DNA of 64,000 nucleotides from Clostridia bacterium. Its GTDB lineage: Bacteria; Bacillota; Clostridia; Oscillospirales; CAG-272. The stretch is from the NCBI GenBank assembly GCA_017935065.1, contig JAGBIF010000010.1:8082-72081 (forward strand), read 5' to 3'. The notes beneath the pieces were generated by a model. That model was not told where the DNA came from, searched no databases, and was given only the letters and a program-made list of their open reading frames with translations. Below are positions 61,625 to 64,000 of this stretch, piece after piece. Made by a program: the position numbers and the translations under genes. Positions within the stretch are counted from its first letter, which is position 1. Every line of letters begins with the position of its first letter.

Positions 61625-64000
61625 GACCGACAAGGCTTACGATGTGTGCCTTCGGGCCATACTCAAATACCACCGTGCTTGAGCTTGATAGGCTCGGCGA
61701 AAGCGGGCTTTATCTCATTACGGGCGACACGGGCGCGGGCAAGACTACTATCTTTGACGCGATATGCTACGCGCTTTTTGCCGAGGCAAGCGGAGAGGTG
61801 CGCGACGGCGCGGGGCTTCGCTCAAAGAATGCCGACGCAAGTGTAAAAACCGAGGTTGAGCTTGAGTTTGTTTACAGGGAAAAGAAATATACCGTAAGGC
61901 GAAGCCCCGAGTATATGCGTAAAAAGACAAGAGGCGAGGGCTTTACAAAAGAGGGTGCCTCGGCAGAGCTGATCATGCCTGACGGCAAAAGAATTACGGG
62001 CGTTAAGGAGGTAACGGGCGAGATAACAGCACTTCTCGGTGTTGACCGCGCGCAGTTCTCACAAATAGCAATGATTGCTCAGGGCGACTTCCAGAAGCTT
62101 CTTCTTGCAAGGACCGAGGACAGAAAGAGAATATTTGAGAAGATATTCAATACCGAGCTTTACGCTACGTTACAAAGAAGGCTTACGGATGAGGCAAACC
62201 GCCTTTACGGTGAGTATAAGGGTCATGCCGACCTGATGGCGCATACCTTAAGGACGGTCCGTACCGCCGAGATGACCGAGGAGCTACAGGCGCTTCGGGA
62301 CAATACATACAAGCCCGAGGATGCGGCCAAGCTTATTGAAAAGCTGATCGAGGCGGACAAGCTTCTTGAGGAGCAGTGTGCGGCAAGCAGCGGTGAGACG
62401 GATAAGAAAATCAGCGCGCTCGAGGCAAAAGCTAAGACGCACGAGAGCCTTACCGAGCTGACACGCGCTCTTGATACCGCAAAAGAGGAGGCGGCGCGTC
62501 TTAAAGCGCGGCGAGCCGAGCTGCTTGCCGCCTGCGATGCCGCAAACGCGAAGTCAGACGATATAACCGCCCTCACGGAAAAAATAGCAAATATTACCGC
62601 CACCCTCGAGAGCTATGCCGAGCTTGATGCCGCGCGGGATGAGCTTCAGGCGCTTGCCTCGCAAAGGCTTACTCTTGCGAATGAGCTTTCGGCCTTGGCC
62701 TTGAGGCGCGAGGAGCTTGCAGAACAGATAGAGACAGATGAAAGCAGGCTTAAGGCGGCGAATGACGCGGCGCTTAGCGTAGGGGATTTAAAGGCACGGA
62801 AAAATGAGCTTGATACGGCACTTTCAAAGTACGGGCAGGCACATGACGAGCTAGACGGTATTTTGAAAGAGGACCAAGAGATTTTTCTTCTCGATGAAAG
62901 ATACCGTAGGGAGCTTTCAAAGTCTCAAGCGCTTGCCGCCGGGCTTACAGCGCTTCGCACCGCTTATTTTAATGCTCAGGCGGGTATTCTTGCACAAGGG
63001 CTAAAAGACGGCATGCCCTGTCCCGTGTGCGGCTCTGCCGAGCATCCCGCGCCGTGTAAGACGGTTGACGGCGCACCGAGTAAGCAGGAGCTTGATTTCG
63101 CCGAGGGGGAGGAATTAGCGGCAAGAGAGCAGGTAAATGAAACAAGCGGAAGGCTCGGCAGAATGCGAGGCGCGCTTGACCAAAGGCGAAAGACGCTTCT
63201 GCAAAGCGCGAAGGAGCTTTCAATTGAAAATGCAGAGGCGTATCTTGCGAAAAATGAATACGGTCCCCTTCGCGAGCTTATCGAGGATGGAATAGCTAAA
63301 ACGCGCGCGATGCTCGACGAAGCGGCTTCGGCACTTCGCGAGAGCGAAGAAAAGGCGCAGCTTTGTGATATGCTTAACGAGACTATTCCCAAGAGCAGGG
63401 ATGAGCTGGAGAGATTGCAGACGGGTGAGAGGGAAGCACAGGAAAGACTTGCATCTCTTGATGCCACCGCCACCGAAAGGACAAAAGCTATAGATGCACT
63501 TTACGCAAAGCTTGAATATAAATCGAGAGATGAAGCCAATATAGTAATCAATTCTTTACAAAAAGACCGTGATATCCTTGAAAATGAGATAAAGCTCGCA
63601 AAGGAAAATCTTTCGAGCTGTGAAAATGATATTTCAAAAAATGCGGGTATCATAGAAAGCACCGAGGGGCAGATATCAAGGCTTGAGCCTGTGGATATAG
63701 ACCAAGTGCGCGAGCAGCTTTGCGAGAGCAGGGAAAGAAAGGAAGCTCTGCTTTCTGAGGCTAAGGCTATTCATACGCGCATCGAAGGCAATTCCAATAT
63801 CCTAAAAGAGCTGAAGGAGCTAATTCTAAAGTATAGCGAAACCTATAAGAAATACACGGTTGTGAAGGCTATTTCCGACACCGCAAGCGGTAATGTGACA
63901 GGCAAGGAAAAGCTCTCGCTCGAGGCCTACGTGCAGGGCGCGTTCTTTGACAGGATCATAGCTCGCGCAAACCTTCGCCTGCTCGGAATGACCCACGGTC
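61621..64000 (+). CDS. sbcC: exonuclease SbcC (Rad50-type ATPase); runs off the right window edge
   Basis: Not in the ORF track. My translation from ATG 61621 (which overlaps the sbcD stop) reads [53 protein letters not shown].... A long coiled coil follows, with the zinc hook [13 protein letters not shown] near 63010-63050. Confidence 0.9.
   Translation, partial: [793 protein letters not shown]

Noticed and set aside
1-64000. tRNA, rRNA, tmRNA, RNase P or SRP RNA genes
   Set aside because: I inspected every intergenic region longer than 100 bp. None shows a cloverleaf with GTTCRANNC T-loop context, and none matches conserved rRNA or other housekeeping-RNA motifs I can recognise. A covariance-model scan would be needed to be certain.

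Overview
This 64-kb window looks like chromosomal DNA from an anaerobic Firmicute of the class Clostridia, probably a gut Oscillospiraceae/Ruminococcaceae-like organism. That reading rests on an estimated ~55% GC, many near-consensus TTGACA-17-TATAAT promoters, and the gene content. All GC values and sequence similarities here are judged by eye; nothing was computed or searched.

I call 50 protein genes. I recognised no rRNA, tRNA, CRISPR array, integrase or transposase.

The housekeeping backbone includes:
- radC (partial), trmB, prfC and thrS; thrS sits behind a Thr (ACC) T-box leader.
- nadE, pth, mfd, rnz, a TrmH-family methyltransferase, DegV and a YloV-like DAK2 protein.
- feoA, feoB and a Cys-rich partner.
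- fumC, a malic enzyme, sbcD and sbcC (partial).
- A 9-kb minus-strand operon for aromatic amino-acid fermentation: SSF transporter, paaK, iorA, iorB, paaK, ACT, amidohydrolase, aminotransferase.
- A csoR-copA copper module with a textbook operator.

Observations that deserve a second look:
1. A self-contained, translationally coupled operon at 44.9-50.9 kb. It encodes an SNF2 helicase, a MoxR-type AAA+ ATPase and a zincin(HExxH)-vWA protein, with its own promoter and terminator. It matches no named defence system I know, and it is my best candidate for an undescribed NTPase-based conflict system.
2. Two paralogous AT-rich cassettes of SLOG (DUF2493/YspA-like) plus divergent XRE regulator, in the same orientation. 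They bracket the MFS, csoR and copA genes.
3. A 180-bp array of GATGTT / AACATC motifs interleaved with mini-hairpins next to the first cassette.
4. A stand-alone ThyX-fold protein that has lost the RHRxxS catalytic motif.
5. Three GTTAGC-N4-GCTAAC palindromes in the feo locus, with half-sites resembling the DtxR/IdeR iron box.
6. A low-GC islet holding an AAA+/DUF4143 ATPase, an XRE regulator and a BspA-type LRR lipoprotein.
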